A stretch of 32,428 nt of DNA from Opitutales bacterium (GTDB lineage Bacteria > Verrucomicrobiota > Verrucomicrobiia > Opitutales > Coraliomargaritaceae). The notes below the pieces were generated by a model that saw nothing but the letters and a program-made list of their open reading frames with translations, was not told the origin of the DNA and did no database searches. The first letter of the stretch is position 1. Every line of letters begins with the position of its first letter. Made by a program: the position numbers and the translations under genes. Positions 8,648-19,882 of this stretch are shown piece after piece. The stretch covers positions 1-32,428 of the forward strand of contig JBMYNR010000015.1 in the NCBI GenBank assembly GCA_049598495.1. Direction: 5' to 3'.

Positions 8648-11443
8648 TTATTCTCCTCCTTTCAGTAGAGCGATGCTCTCTGGTGAGACGCAGTCTTCCG
8701 GGCTGCCGTTGACAAAGATGGGGCCAGCAGGATCGTTCCAAGAGGCGCGGAAGGGTTGCGGGGGCCAGAACCGGCCTGCGTGGATCACCTTGGCGACCGC
8801 CTCTGCGCAGTTGAGGGCTGAGGCATAGGCATCTGGGTTGCGAGTGGTGTCTAGCTCCTCGAAAGTAGCAATCCCGGTTTCGTTCGGATCGGAAGGCAGT
8901 AGGAAATAAGCCGTCTCGGGTGGGTGTGCCTCGCATTCCGCGGGATACCAATGCTCCAAAATCCGGCGGTATAGCGGAAGCTGTAGGTCGGACCAGGTCT
9001 TTTGATAAATGCGGGTGCCCGACTGGATCTCGACGAGGGCCGAATCGAGCCAATTATGGGAAAGCGGCGCAAGATGGGTTTTGAGAGGCTTATCCGGTGC
9101 GCTGAAGGTCTTGAAGTCCATAATGCGCAGGGCGCCCGTTTCGGCATGCTGCTCAATGCGATCAATCATCCCGGAAAGCGGGAGCGGACCGATCATGAGT
9201 GGCTGTGCATCGTCCACCTGTAACTTACGCTCCACATCACGGATAATCCAACCCTCGGCAAAGCTGGCTGCCTGTACTCGGGCGTAGGCATGGAGGCGGG
9301 CCTTCGCGCTGGCTAACTGAATCTGCACGGCCGGCGCCGGCTGCGGTCCGAATTGTTTGAGGGCTTCCGCCTGGAGGAGTTGCTGGACACGGCTGTGGAT
9401 ATCAGACGCCTGCATGCGGAGCATATCTGCACCCATAGGAATGAGTTCATGTCCGAATGCCTCGAGGGTATAGTGTATTAGATTACCGAAGACAGCGGCA
9501 TCCATCTCGTGGGTCGCACGGGGTCCTGAATCGAGATGCAGCACATGCTGGAGGCAAAAACGGAAGGGACAGGCAAGATAGGATTTGAACTGGGTTGGGC
9601 TGATCTTTTCAACGGCTCTAAGTTCCCTCGGTAATTGCCAGCGCCATGAGGTCTCTCGGGTGGAGCGTGTGCGGGTGGCCGCGGCGGGCTGTGTGAGGTG
9701 CCGAACTCGAGCAGGCAAATCCTCGAGCTCCGTGCGTAGAAGTAGCCGCGAGGGTCGGTTGGGGTCGCCCTCGGTGTTGAATTTACTGTAGGAAAGGTGC
9801 ACACTCCCTGTTGGGCGTGAGGCCAGCAGGGAGTGAAGCAAATAGCTATCACGGGCTAGGCGTTGCTCATTATGACTGAGTCCAAGGGCGGGGCAGAGCG
9901 AGTCGGGAATAAACGGATCCCCATCCACTGCCTTGGGGAGCTGACCTTCGATCAGCCCGCAGAGCACGAGCTGCTCATGTGGCAACCAGGGCGCCTCAAG
10001 CCAGCCGTTTACGATCATAGCATCCGCTTCTGCCGGGGCCTGAATCGATTCCAGCCGAAGCGCTTGTCCGAAAACGGGTGCGGGTAAGCCGTCTTTTGAT
10101 TTCGACCAGCCCGCTAGCGCGGGAGAGGCTGCGAGGCCTTGTCCTATTTCCAAAATACGCTCAATCGTTTCGGGACGGCCCTCTTCTGACTCCGGAAAGG
10201 CCCATTCAATCAAATCCAGTGCGGAGTGACCGAGGTGGGAACGTATGGCACCGAGGAGACGACGCACCTTACCGCGTATTGCGATGTCCTGTGGGCGGGC
10301 GTCTTCTTCAAGGGCGGGTGAGGCCGCCCAGGCCGCCTCCAGTGTGCCCGCGATGGTTTTACCCAGTAGATGATCGATCGCGATGAGAGCATCCGTCTGG
10401 GAAATAGGGTCTTCCAGATCCAAGACCCGACAAAAAGCAGGCAGCTCAAGGAGACGACGGAGGCGCCGCATATCCTTGTTGTTTCGAAACGCTTCCCATT
10501 CCAGCGCAAGCTTGGCGGCTTCGCATCGAATCAGAGAAACACCTTCGGGCAGATAGGCACTACGGCCGAAGCGGAGAATCTCACTGGCCACAGGCGATTG
10601 AAGCTTCGGGTCGACCACGACGAGTCCGGCCGCGTTCTCCACGACGGATGGAACGATATGACGCGCTTCATCCTGCGCAGCGGGAGCCACCGTGATCTGG
10701 CTTGGATCCATCTCGATCGTTCTGGTATTCCAAAGTTCGGCTTCAGGCCGGCCCCAGAGATCAAAGTAAGGCTCGTCGAGGCCCGCGGGATTCCAGATGA
10801 GCAGATCGACCGGAGTGCCCGCCGCTTCCAGCTTCTCGGCGAAACGCTGAAAGGCACGGGGCAAATCACTGACCCCCGCGATGACGAGACGTTTCAACTC
10901 CGTGGGCGGTGATTCAATCTGCTCCAGACGCAGCGCATTGGGGTCGGCCAGTTTCCAGTCCCGCAGGCATTCGAGATAGGTCGCGTAAAGCGCAGCGATC
11001 GCCGCCCAGCGGCCCTCCTCGAAACCTCCCAACTCCGAGGTCGACATTTGAACGGTCGCAGGCGAGAGCGCCGCCTCGGCGAGACGGTCTCCTAAACGAT
11101 TGAAATTCCGTCCTGCTTTGAGCAGCTCCGCATCCGTCTCGGGAAAACGATTCCAGAATAGCGATTGCTTCTGCAGGTCGGGTAGCTCACGTAGAGCCTC
11201 CGCCCAGGCGAGTGCCCGCTCGACGGGTGTGGCCACATTTTCCCGCTCCGGCAGCATTGCCTGCATGGGCTGGGCCATCTGCGGCGCCGATTCTCCCGCT
11301 GCTTTCAGCGTGGCGCTAATCTGCCGTGCCGCGCCCGCAGTCGGCGTGATGCAGAGAGTCTGGCCAGCCCCATGTTCCCGAATGAACCCCGCTACTTGGT
11401 GCGCAAGTGGCGTGGATTCAGTCAGGAAATGGGATGTGGGCAT
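8648..11443 (-). CDS. addB: AddB-like PD-(D/E)XK nuclease subunit with inactive helicase fold
   Basis: SPTQFKSYLACPFRF, GNLIH, GMIDRIE...IMDFKT...QLPLY RecB-type nuclease motifs; paired with the helicase gene. Confidence 0.85.
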   Translation of the reverse strand: MPTSHFLTESTPLAHQVAGFIREHGAGQTLCITPTAGAARQISATLKAAGESAPQMAQPMQAMLPERENVATPVERALAWAEALRELPDLQKQSLFWNRFPETDAELLKAGRNFNRLGDRLAEAALSPATVQMSTSELGGFEEGRWAAIAALYATYLECLRDWKLADPNALRLEQIESPPTELKRLVIAGVSDLPRAFQRFAEKLEAAGTPVDLLIWNPAGLDEPYFDLWGRPEAELWNTRTIEMDPSQITVAPAAQDEARHIVPSVVENAAGLVVVDPKLQSPVASEILRFGRSAYLPEGVSLIRCEAAKLALEWEAFRNNKDMRRLRRLLELPAFCRVLDLEDPISQTDALIAIDHLLGKTIAGTLEAAWAASPALEEDARPQDIAIRGKVRRLLGAIRSHLGHSALDLIEWAFPESEEGRPETIERILEIGQGLAASPALAGWSKSKDGLPAPVFGQALRLESIQAPAEADAMIVNGWLEAPWLPHEQLVLCGLIEGQLPKAVDGDPFIPDSLCPALGLSHNEQRLARDSYLLHSLLASRPTGSVHLSYSKFNTEGDPNRPSRLLLRTELEDLPARVRHLTQPAAATRTRSTRETSWRWQLPRELRAVEKISPTQFKSYLACPFRFCLQHVLHLDSGPRATHEMDAAVFGNLIHYTLEAFGHELIPMGADMLRMQASDIHSRVQQLLQAEALKQFGPQPAPAVQIQLASAKARLHAYARVQAASFAEGWIIRDVERKLQVDDAQPLMIGPLPLSGMIDRIEQHAETGALRIMDFKTFSAPDKPLKTHLAPLSHNWLDSALVEIQSGTRIYQKTWSDLQLPLYRRILEHWYPAECEAHPPETAYFLLPSDPNETGIATFEELDTTRNPDAYASALNCAEAVAKVIHAGRFWPPQPFRASWNDPAGPIFVNGSPEDCVSPESIALLKGGE

Positions 11444-11510
11444 TTAGCTAAATGTCGGGCTCGAGCTTGTGGAATATCCGCAGGGTAATCGACGCCGGTT
11501 GGATGGGCGC

Positions 11511-11534
11511 GGCCTTCGCAAGCGACAGCCCTAC
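11511..11534 (-). repeat. GTAG-type REP-like hairpin just downstream of metY
   Basis: Minus strand GTAGGGCTGTCGCTTGCGAAGGCC, 15 nt after the stop codon; CCCTACGAT is shared with the copy at 264-272. Confidence 0.5.
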
Positions 11535-11549
11535 GATTTGATAATGGAA

Positions 11550-12857
<1,308 letters not shown>

Positions 12858-12873
12858 AGTGATTGGTGTTGTT

Positions 12874-14490
12874 TTAGTTATTTGAATTTAGGCGTTCGCG
12901 TACTTTGTTCGAGTCCCATATTAGCCCGAGTTTATCGAAAAATTCAACTGCCTCTGCTAGGTATTCTTTGCTCGGTTCAGACTCTCGGAGGACTCGCTTG
13001 TATTCACGAAGGGCATTGGAGTTTTCCCCTTCGATCCGGTAGATCCGACTTAGTAGAATGCGCATCTCTATCTGCTCTGGTCTCTGCCTGAGGATGGTTT
13101 GCAGCATATCGATCATGTCTTGGTTGCTCAGCAGTTCACTCTCGCCGCCTTCGGCCTGGATTGTCTCGATCAATGCAATCTTGGGCAGGGTGGCTTCGGG
13201 CCATTGTTCGGACATGGAATACCATAGCTTAGTGCGGTCGCTGACGGTGATTGCGAAGGATCCTGTAAGGGCGATTAAGATAAGAATATAAAGGGTGAAT
13301 CCCGGATACCAGAAAATCTTACCCGTGGAGCCCATGCGTCGGGCAATGCCACCCAAGGAGCAGATGATGAGCGAAATGAGTGCCGGCAGGGCAATGTATT
13401 GAGGATGGTTTTCGTAGGCGGGGCTGCCGTCGATAAAGGAACCCTGTTGGGCAATGCTGTAGATAATTAGAAGCGAATAGGCCGTCAGTCCGAGAAGCGC
13501 GCCGCGTGCCCATTGCTTTTGACGGTTGAGGGCAATGAGTAGATAAAACGGTAGGAGGAGCACGAAGGGCAAAAGGCTGTTAGATGCACCCACGTTGAAA
13601 CCATGTTTCTTATCGAAGGGATGGAAGAGTCCCAGCTCGATAGGGAATAAGGTCTGTTTCAGGTAAAAGAAGAAATTCTGGGCATAGAGCCCCATGCGTT
13701 CGCCTATTTCCATATCAGTGCCCTCGCCACCATCTCCGATCCAGGCTCCGATAATTAAGGCGAAACAGACGAGTGGGAGGATCCGATTGTAATTCTTCAG
13801 CTGGCTGTTTCGTGTGTCATGAAAGATGCATAGCCCTAGGATGAGGGGTAGCATAAGAGTTGCCGGGTGTAGGAAATATGCGAGGATTGAGATGGCGATG
13901 AGTTTTATGAAATCACCCGAGTCGCGATTCCGGATCCCATAAAATAGTGCAGTGAGAATGAGAATTAGGCCGATCAGTTCCGTCCGATAGCCAGACCAGA
14001 ACACCGTTTGAAGCACGGCTGGGTGCAGGGCGAAGGCGAGCGAGGCCGAAAAGGCTGCGGGCATCTTGAGTTGATCCAGAACCTTGAGGAAGATCAGAGC
14101 CGCGAGGATATGTAGGAGGAGATTAATCGCGTGGTGCCTACGCGCGGGGGCAAGTGGGAGCTTTTGCTCAAGGAAATAGGAGCTCAGTGTGACCGGATCA
14201 TCCTGGCGGATGTTTTGCCGGGACCAAGCCTCATAGAAACCTTCCATAGATTCAAAGCTTGTGCGTTCGACCTGGTCGTAGGGCGTCCAAATAAGATCCG
14301 ACTGAAAGATGGGGACGTATGCGGCCACGGTGAGCAAAATAATGGTGAGATAGGCCAACCACCCGGCGGTTCCAGGTCGCGGTTTGCCAATCTGCTTATG
14401 CTTCGGGGTGTGATTGTGCTGCATTTGCGGTGGCGTGACCGAATGGTCTGATCGTGGACGATCATCATCTTGTTTGGGAGCCTCGGACAT
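12874..14490 (-). CDS. Multi-TM protein of TMTC/GT-C-like architecture with C-terminal TPR-like helices
   Basis: HAINLLLH and [13 protein letters not shown] segments resemble TMTC-like glycosyltransferases; about 10 hydrophobic helices; helical C-terminus. Confidence 0.65.
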   Translation of the reverse strand: MSEAPKQDDDRPRSDHSVTPPQMQHNHTPKHKQIGKPRPGTAGWLAYLTIILLTVAAYVPIFQSDLIWTPYDQVERTSFESMEGFYEAWSRQNIRQDDPVTLSSYFLEQKLPLAPARRHHAINLLLHILAALIFLKVLDQLKMPAAFSASLAFALHPAVLQTVFWSGYRTELIGLILILTALFYGIRNRDSGDFIKLIAISILAYFLHPATLMLPLILGLCIFHDTRNSQLKNYNRILPLVCFALIIGAWIGDGGEGTDMEIGERMGLYAQNFFFYLKQTLFPIELGLFHPFDKKHGFNVGASNSLLPFVLLLPFYLLIALNRQKQWARGALLGLTAYSLLIIYSIAQQGSFIDGSPAYENHPQYIALPALISLIICSLGGIARRMGSTGKIFWYPGFTLYILILIALTGSFAITVSDRTKLWYSMSEQWPEATLPKIALIETIQAEGGESELLSNQDMIDMLQTILRQRPEQIEMRILLSRIYRIEGENSNALREYKRVLRESEPSKEYLAEAVEFFDKLGLIWDSNKVRERLNSNN

Positions 14491-14996
14491 TAGGGTTGGA
14501 GGTAGGGATTGCTGTGTCCGCGGTGGGCGACGGCTTCTTGAACGGCCTTCATATCAATCTGTGCACCGGGGAGTATCTCATTAGCTTCGAACCAACCGCG
14601 GTTTGTCTCTACCGCGAAAAGGACCTTGTTAGAGGCCGAAGGCACCGTATTCTCATTAAAAGGGAAGAGTTTTCTCACTTCGAGTAGACGGCCGCTTGCA
14701 TCGAAGTAGCCAAGATCTAGCGGGATGCTAGTATTGCGCATCCAGAAGGCGCGGCGTTCGGGGCGCTCAAAGATAAAAAGCATCCCATGATCCACTTCCA
14801 TACTGTCGCGATACATGAGCCCTTTTTGTTGTTCACTCGGCGTGAGGGCGAGTTGCAGGTAGAGCATCTTTCCATCGATAGCGATTGGGAAATAGGTCTG
14901 TTTATCGGCCGGTTTCCAGTTGTCGATTGTGGGCTGACATGCGGCTAGAGCCACACTTATTAGGAGGGCGGGGGAAATGTTAAATATGGGCTTCAA
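14490..14996 (-). CDS. DUF192 family lipoprotein
   Basis: GLMYR, GMLFIF, FWMRNTSIPLD, AVETNRGWF; lipobox LAAC; TAATG overlap with the next gene. Confidence 0.9.
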   Translation of the reverse strand: MKPIFNISPALLISVALAACQPTIDNWKPADKQTYFPIAIDGKMLYLQLALTPSEQQKGLMYRDSMEVDHGMLFIFERPERRAFWMRNTSIPLDLGYFDASGRLLEVRKLFPFNENTVPSASNKVLFAVETNRGWFEANEILPGAQIDMKAVQEAVAHRGHSNPYLQP

Positions 14997-15052
14997 GCGT
15001 TAATCGGATGGTTCGGTGCGTGACAGATGCAGATCAATGAGCACCATCAATA

Positions 15053-16213
15053 GTGCATTCGCAACCAATGAAAAGTAAATCCTCAACCATTCGGCTTCTG
15101 TACGCGGCATCTGAGAATAACGCCGATGTGCTCTACCTTTCGGGTGTCTTTATTCCCGATCCCTTTCTCTCGATTATTACGGATAAAAAATCCTACGCTG
15201 TCGTTAATCGGTTGGAGTATGCGCGGGTTGCCAAGTCTTCGAATTACGACGAAGTTATGCTGCTTGAAGAGATGCGGGAGCATGCGGCCGAAAATTTACA
15301 GATGCCTTTGCATAAGATCGGTCCTAGCGAGTTGATGATTTATTTCGGACAGCGCTTCGCGGTGAAAAAAATCGAGGTGCCCGCTGATTTTCCGGCGGTG
15401 TATTATCGGAAACTCTATGAAGCAGGCTATCGCATCGATATCGTGGAGGGCGCCTTCTTTCCCAAGCGAGCTAAGAAAAACGATACCGAGGCGCGCGCGA
15501 TCCGTCAGGGTAACGCCGCTTCCGCCGCAGGCATTCGAGCGGCCGAGGCAGTCTTGCGCGCTGCGACGATCGAGGGAGACCGCATCGACTATGAAGGGCG
15601 TCCGCTCACTTCCGAGCGTTTGCGTGCGGTCATCGACCAAGCCTGTCTCGCCAAAGGGGCGACCGCGAGCCATACCATTGTGGCAGGTGGACGACAGGCC
15701 TGCGATCCGCATGAAGTCGGACGGGGGCGATTGCGGCCAAACGAGCTCATCATTATTGATGTGTTTCCGCGCATGCAGAAAACGGGTTACCATGGCGATA
15801 TGACCCGCACCTTTTTAAAAGGTCGAGCAAGCGCTGCCCAGCGGGCACTGGTGAAAGCCGTACGAACAGCTCAAGGCGCGGCAATCGATGCCGTTCAAGC
15901 AGGCGTGACTGGGGCAAGTGTGCACAAGGCAGCCTGTGCTGTCTTTGACGCGCAAGGATTTGTTACGGAGCGGCGTGACGATGGCTTCGTCGGTTTTATT
16001 CACTCGACCGGTCATGGACTCGGGTTGGAGGTGCACGAAGCACCCAGCGTTTCGACGGGTTCTGCGAAACTGAAGACCGGGCATGTCATTACCGTGGAAC
16101 CCGGATTGTATTATCCTGAGATCGGCGGATGTAGAATTGAGGACGTGGTTCGTGTCACGAAAGCGGGCTGCGAGAAGCTCTCGAATATGCACTATCGATG
16201 GGAGATTCGATAG
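15053..16213 (+). CDS. Xaa-Pro aminopeptidase (M24 family); start may be GTG 15053 or ATG 15068
   Basis: IIIDVFP, GYHGDMTRT, HSTGHGLGLEVHEAP, TVEPGLY, RIEDVV metal-ligand motifs. Confidence 0.93.
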   Translation: MHSQPMKSKSSTIRLLYAASENNADVLYLSGVFIPDPFLSIITDKKSYAVVNRLEYARVAKSSNYDEVMLLEEMREHAAENLQMPLHKIGPSELMIYFGQRFAVKKIEVPADFPAVYYRKLYEAGYRIDIVEGAFFPKRAKKNDTEARAIRQGNAASAAGIRAAEAVLRAATIEGDRIDYEGRPLTSERLRAVIDQACLAKGATASHTIVAGGRQACDPHEVGRGRLRPNELIIIDVFPRMQKTGYHGDMTRTFLKGRASAAQRALVKAVRTAQGAAIDAVQAGVTGASVHKAACAVFDAQGFVTERRDDGFVGFIHSTGHGLGLEVHEAPSVSTGSAKLKTGHVITVEPGLYYPEIGGCRIEDVVRVTKAGCEKLSNMHYRWEIR

Positions 16214-16262
16214 TGCTGGTCAAGGAGTGCGAAGCCACAGAGTTTCTGGAAATGCTCTAGCT

Positions 16263-17039
16263 CTATTTTTTTGCGCCGTGGAGGACTTCCTCCACTTCGA
16301 GGCCGGTCATATCTTTGATGCCGTTGAACAGCTTCATGAGAGCGACGAGCATGATGGCCATGCTGGGGGCAGCGATCACGATAAAGCTCCATTTCATCAT
16401 GCGAGCTACTTCGGTATTAAAGGCATCGGTTCCTGAGGGGCTCGTGACCATTCTGAGAGCGAGAAAATAATTCAAAATCGCGCTGAGAAGAAAAGAGGCC
16501 GCCAGTAGCCAGGTGCAGTGGAGTAGAAGCTTTTCGAAAGTCTCTTCTGTATCATGTGCCTTAAGGCTGGCTTGCACCTTATCTACATTAATAATCTCGG
16601 GATTGTAGAGGAGGGTGCGAACCAATGGATAGGGGGTCTTCAGGGAAATCAGCACTGCGAGACCCAGAAAGAGAGGGATGGCCGCCTCTTTGACCGCAAA
16701 CCACTCCGTAGGGATTTGGAAGATACCAATACCTCCGGTTAGTAGAACGCTCACCAAGCCGATAATGGAAAAGATGTTATATTTCTTCCGAGCGAAATAG
16801 TCGTAAATGAAATAGCCGACGGGGAAGGCCAGAGCTAAGAGCAGTATTCCTACGGCGACGTTGTCAAAGTATGGCTCTAGGTATCCGCTGAACCAAGCCT
16901 TGCCCTTATTGAGAAGGAGGATCGGCAAGACTAGATTGAAGCCGAGGTTAAGAAAAGTGTTCTCCTTCTTCGGGGGGGGCTTGTCGGCCGTATTCGCATT
17001 TTTTGAATTTGGCGCGTTGCTGGGTTGCGAATCTCTCAT
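16263..17039 (-). CDS. VC0807-like integral membrane protein (start re-assigned to ATG 17039)
   Basis: [43 protein letters not shown]; the upstream ORF extension overlaps coaB. Confidence 0.75.
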   Translation of the reverse strand: MRDSQPSNAPNSKNANTADKPPPKKENTFLNLGFNLVLPILLLNKGKAWFSGYLEPYFDNVAVGILLLALAFPVGYFIYDYFARKKYNIFSIIGLVSVLLTGGIGIFQIPTEWFAVKEAAIPLFLGLAVLISLKTPYPLVRTLLYNPEIINVDKVQASLKAHDTEETFEKLLLHCTWLLAASFLLSAILNYFLALRMVTSPSGTDAFNTEVARMMKWSFIVIAAPSMAIMLVALMKLFNGIKDMTGLEVEEVLHGAKK

Positions 17040-17064
17040 CAATTCGCTTAGGATTTTAAGCCTT

Positions 17065-17715
17065 ATGTCGAATGCAAGCTCTATTCGCTGTCTTATCACT
17101 GCGGGGCCAACCCGTGAGTTTATCGATCCTGTGCGATTTATCAGCAACCCGTCGTCGGGTAAAATGGGCTTCGCGCTGGCCGATGCGGCACTCGATGCGG
17201 GATGGAATGTGGATTTGGTAGCAGGTCCCGTTGCCCTGGAGGAGCCGGACGGAGTCATCCTCTACCCAGTGGTTACGGCGGAAGAGATGTTTCACCAGGT
17301 CGATGCACTCTTTGATGCCTGTGATATTTTAATCATGACAGCGGCAGTGAGCGATTTTCGTCCTATCGTGCAGCACAGGCACAAAGAGAAGAAAGACGAG
17401 GCGCTACTGAGTATAGATTTTGAGCGGACGACTGATATTTTAAAGACCATGACCAAACGCAAAGCTCATCAAACGGTTGTCGGATTTGCAGCGGAGACAA
17501 GGGATGTGGTCGTTTATGCAAAGCAGAAGCTCGAGTCGAAGCGACTGGACTACATTGTGGCAAATGAAGTGGGGCAGGTTGGAACTGGTTTTTCCGCCGA
17601 CAATAATGAAGTCTTGCTCATCGCTGCTGATGGTAGTTCGGTGAAACTGGGGCCTGCCTCGAAGCGGGCCATCGCGGAGGAATTGATTCAATTAGTGACC
17701 CCGGCCAAGTCTTAG
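17065..17715 (+). CDS. coaB: Phosphopantothenate-cysteine ligase (stand-alone CoaB domain; start re-assigned to ATG 17065)
   Basis: [46 protein letters not shown]. Confidence 0.92.
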   Translation: MSNASSIRCLITAGPTREFIDPVRFISNPSSGKMGFALADAALDAGWNVDLVAGPVALEEPDGVILYPVVTAEEMFHQVDALFDACDILIMTAAVSDFRPIVQHRHKEKKDEALLSIDFERTTDILKTMTKRKAHQTVVGFAAETRDVVVYAKQKLESKRLDYIVANEVGQVGTGFSADNNEVLLIAADGSSVKLGPASKRAIAEELIQLVTPAKS

Positions 17716-17730
17716 GATTTTAGCGTTTTT

Positions 17731-18006
17731 ATTCCCACTCTTACTCTCCCGAAGCAAATGTCTCCCAGTTTCGATCACGAAAAGCTGAAGGTTTACCAGT
17801 CCGCCTTGGATTTTGTCGTCTTTACGGTTAGCATTCTCACTAACTTGCCAAAGCGGGTTGCCGTCTGGGACCAACTGGATTGTAACTCAGCTTCGATTGC
17901 CTTAAATATCGCGAAGGGTAACGGTAGGTTCACCGCTAAGGACCGCTGTCCGGCAGTTACAGTGGGGGTTTGGATTAAGATTGAGAGTAGGATTGGGAGT
18001 AGGACG
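17731..18006. repeat. Inverted hexamer arrays flanking the four-helix-bundle remnant
   Basis: ATTCCC ACTCTT ACTCTC (17731-17748) pairs with GAGAGT AGGATT GGGAGT (17983-18000). The right array spans seven hexamers, 17965-18006. Confidence 0.7.
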
Positions 18007-18009
18007 TAG
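17758..18009 (+). pseudogene. Truncated four-helix-bundle protein (23S rRNA IVS protein family)
   Basis: FDHEKLKVYQ, DQLD..SASIALNIA(K)GNG, DRC motifs. Similarity stops after DRC and the frame runs into the hexamer array; the conserved NIAEG reads NIAKG. Confidence 0.75.
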
Positions 18010-19179
18010 ATGAAGAACACTGGGCTTGATAAGATACTCGGGCGAATCGATGACCTCGATTCGGTTAATCTTGGGATTCTCGTGCAGCGTCTGGCTCGCG
18101 AGCGCAAGATGCAGGAGACGGTCTTTAACACGATTAAGGACGGCATCCTTGTCATTGATACTGATGGCGTTGTCCAGTATGCGAACGCCGCCGCGCAGAC
18201 ACTCATTGGTTTAAAGGAAAACGACATCGGGGTCACGCGTCTCTGGAAAATGGTGCCCGATCTAGCGAGATCGATGGATGATGATGCGGTCAACGGTATG
18301 AAGGCGACGGCTCCCGTTCTTGCCCGCGAGGTGGAGCTGAGCTATCCGGAACTTCGTGTGGTTCGCCTCTATATGGTGCCCTTTGATGCCCAGGTTGCTC
18401 AGCAGGACAGCGGGGGCTACGTGATCGTGCTCTCCGATGTTACCGAGGAAAAAGTCTCGCTAGAAGAGCGCATCGAAAGTGAGCGGATCGATTCCATTGT
18501 TCGGTTGGCAGCTGGAGTCGCTCATGAGCTTGGTAATCCGCTCAATTCATTAACGATTCATCTTCAGCTCATTGAACGAAAGCTAAAGAAGCTCGCCGAC
18601 GAAAAAGGAGTCGAAAAATTGTCGGAATCGCTGCAGGTATGTCAGGGTGAGGTCGAAAGGTTGGACGGCATCATCTCGCATTTCCTCGAAGCGGTGCGTC
18701 CTCAGAAACCAGAGCTGAACGAACTCGATCTTGTCGCTTTGGTAGAGGAAGTATTACAGGTTCAGGAAGCTGAGTTGAGTAACCGGAAGCTCGAGGTGGA
18801 TGTTGAGGTCAGCGGCGAGTTACCTGCGGTACTTGGTGACCGTGGTCAAATTAAACAGGTCTTTTTCAATCTGATTAAGAATGCGATGGAGGCGATGCTG
18901 CCGGGTGGCCAACTTCGAGTGATTGCGCGTTGTGACGATGAATTTATCTATGTGCAGTTCGTGGACACGGGTTCGGGTATTTCAGAGAAAGAACTGCCGA
19001 AGGTTTTTCAGGCCTACTACACGACGAAAAAGGAAGGCCATGGCCTTGGCATGATGATTGTTGAGCGCATCATACGCGAGCACGGAGGCCATGTGAATAT
19101 AGAGTCGCGCAAGGATGTGGGCACCGCGATCACGTTACAGTTTCCTCAGAAACATCGTCGCGCACGCTTGCTGGAATAG
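18010..19179 (+). CDS. Cytoplasmic PAS sensor histidine kinase (NtrB/AtoS-like)
   Basis: PAS (DGILVID..YANAAA), H-box AHELGNPL, N-box [21 protein letters not shown]. Confidence 0.93.
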   Translation: MKNTGLDKILGRIDDLDSVNLGILVQRLARERKMQETVFNTIKDGILVIDTDGVVQYANAAAQTLIGLKENDIGVTRLWKMVPDLARSMDDDAVNGMKATAPVLAREVELSYPELRVVRLYMVPFDAQVAQQDSGGYVIVLSDVTEEKVSLEERIESERIDSIVRLAAGVAHELGNPLNSLTIHLQLIERKLKKLADEKGVEKLSESLQVCQGEVERLDGIISHFLEAVRPQKPELNELDLVALVEEVLQVQEAELSNRKLEVDVEVSGELPAVLGDRGQIKQVFFNLIKNAMEAMLPGGQLRVIARCDDEFIYVQFVDTGSGISEKELPKVFQAYYTTKKEGHGLGMMIVERIIREHGGHVNIESRKDVGTAITLQFPQKHRRARLLE

Positions 19180-19276
19180 TCATTTCCATGTAGCTAGCTG
19201 TTAAGAGATTGTTGCCGATTTGAAACATCGAAAGGATTGACAAGTGAGGGGGCTCGATTAACAACATACTTTCCAG

Positions 19277-19879
19277 ATGCTTACTGGTTTGAAACATCGG
19301 GTTCTGGTTTTGAATAGGTTGTGGCAACCGGTGAACATCGTCGGCGTGCAAAGAGCCTTCAGTCTTCTCCTCCAAGACCATGCTCATGTTATTTACACAG
19401 GCGACGAGAGTTTTCGGATGATGGATTCATCAGCCTGGCTGGAACTCTCCGAAAAAGAGATTCCTGATCAGGGCGAGGCCTGTATCCAGACCATTCGCTT
19501 GCGAATACGCGTGCCAAAGGTGTTGCTCTTGAGAAGCTACGACCAATTACCTGTTCGTGAAGTGAAATTTACGCGCGAGAACCTATTCGACCGTGACGGC
19601 TATCGTTGTCAGTATTGTGGGGAGCACTTCGAGGCGGTTCATTTGAATATGGATCACGTGATCCCTCGGGACCGTGGAGGCCGCACTTCCTGGGAAAATA
19701 TTGTGACCTCCTGCATCAAATGTAATTCCCGAAAGGCGAACCGCCTGCCACATCAAGCGAACATGCATCTCATTCGTAAGCCCGAGCGCCCCCGCTGGCG
19801 GCCTTTTGTTAGTTCATTAATCGGGCAGGATTACGATTCAGATTGGGATCATTTCATTAACCTTAAGAAAGGCGCGTAG
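19277..19879 (+). CDS. HNH endonuclease (McrA/COG1403-like)
   Basis: VLVLN, RDGYRCQYCG, DHVIPRDRGG, WENIVTSCIKCNSRK. Confidence 0.92.
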   Translation: MLTGLKHRVLVLNRLWQPVNIVGVQRAFSLLLQDHAHVIYTGDESFRMMDSSAWLELSEKEIPDQGEACIQTIRLRIRVPKVLLLRSYDQLPVREVKFTRENLFDRDGYRCQYCGEHFEAVHLNMDHVIPRDRGGRTSWENIVTSCIKCNSRKANRLPHQANMHLIRKPERPRWRPFVSSLIGQDYDSDWDHFINLKKGA

Positions 19880-19882
19880 GCG

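Noticed and set aside
8394..9053. 219-aa ORF bridging addB and addA (possible frameshift fusion)
   Set aside because: Mostly an alternate frame of addB plus translation of the repeat arrays (LTLTL, RLRLR); no slippery site or domain seen.
12858..12873. SAM riboswitch or T-box ahead of metY (and T-box ahead of ileS)
   Set aside because: Only 16 bp lie upstream of metY, and the ileS leader is short with no T-box motif.
16861..17258. Long overlap between coaB and the VC0807-like ORF in the ORF track
   Set aside because: Artefact of upstream start choice; the conserved domains begin at 17065 and 17039.
19277..19879. HNH as part of a defence or homing system
   Set aside because: Widespread stand-alone type in a housekeeping context, with no methylase, intron or partner genes.
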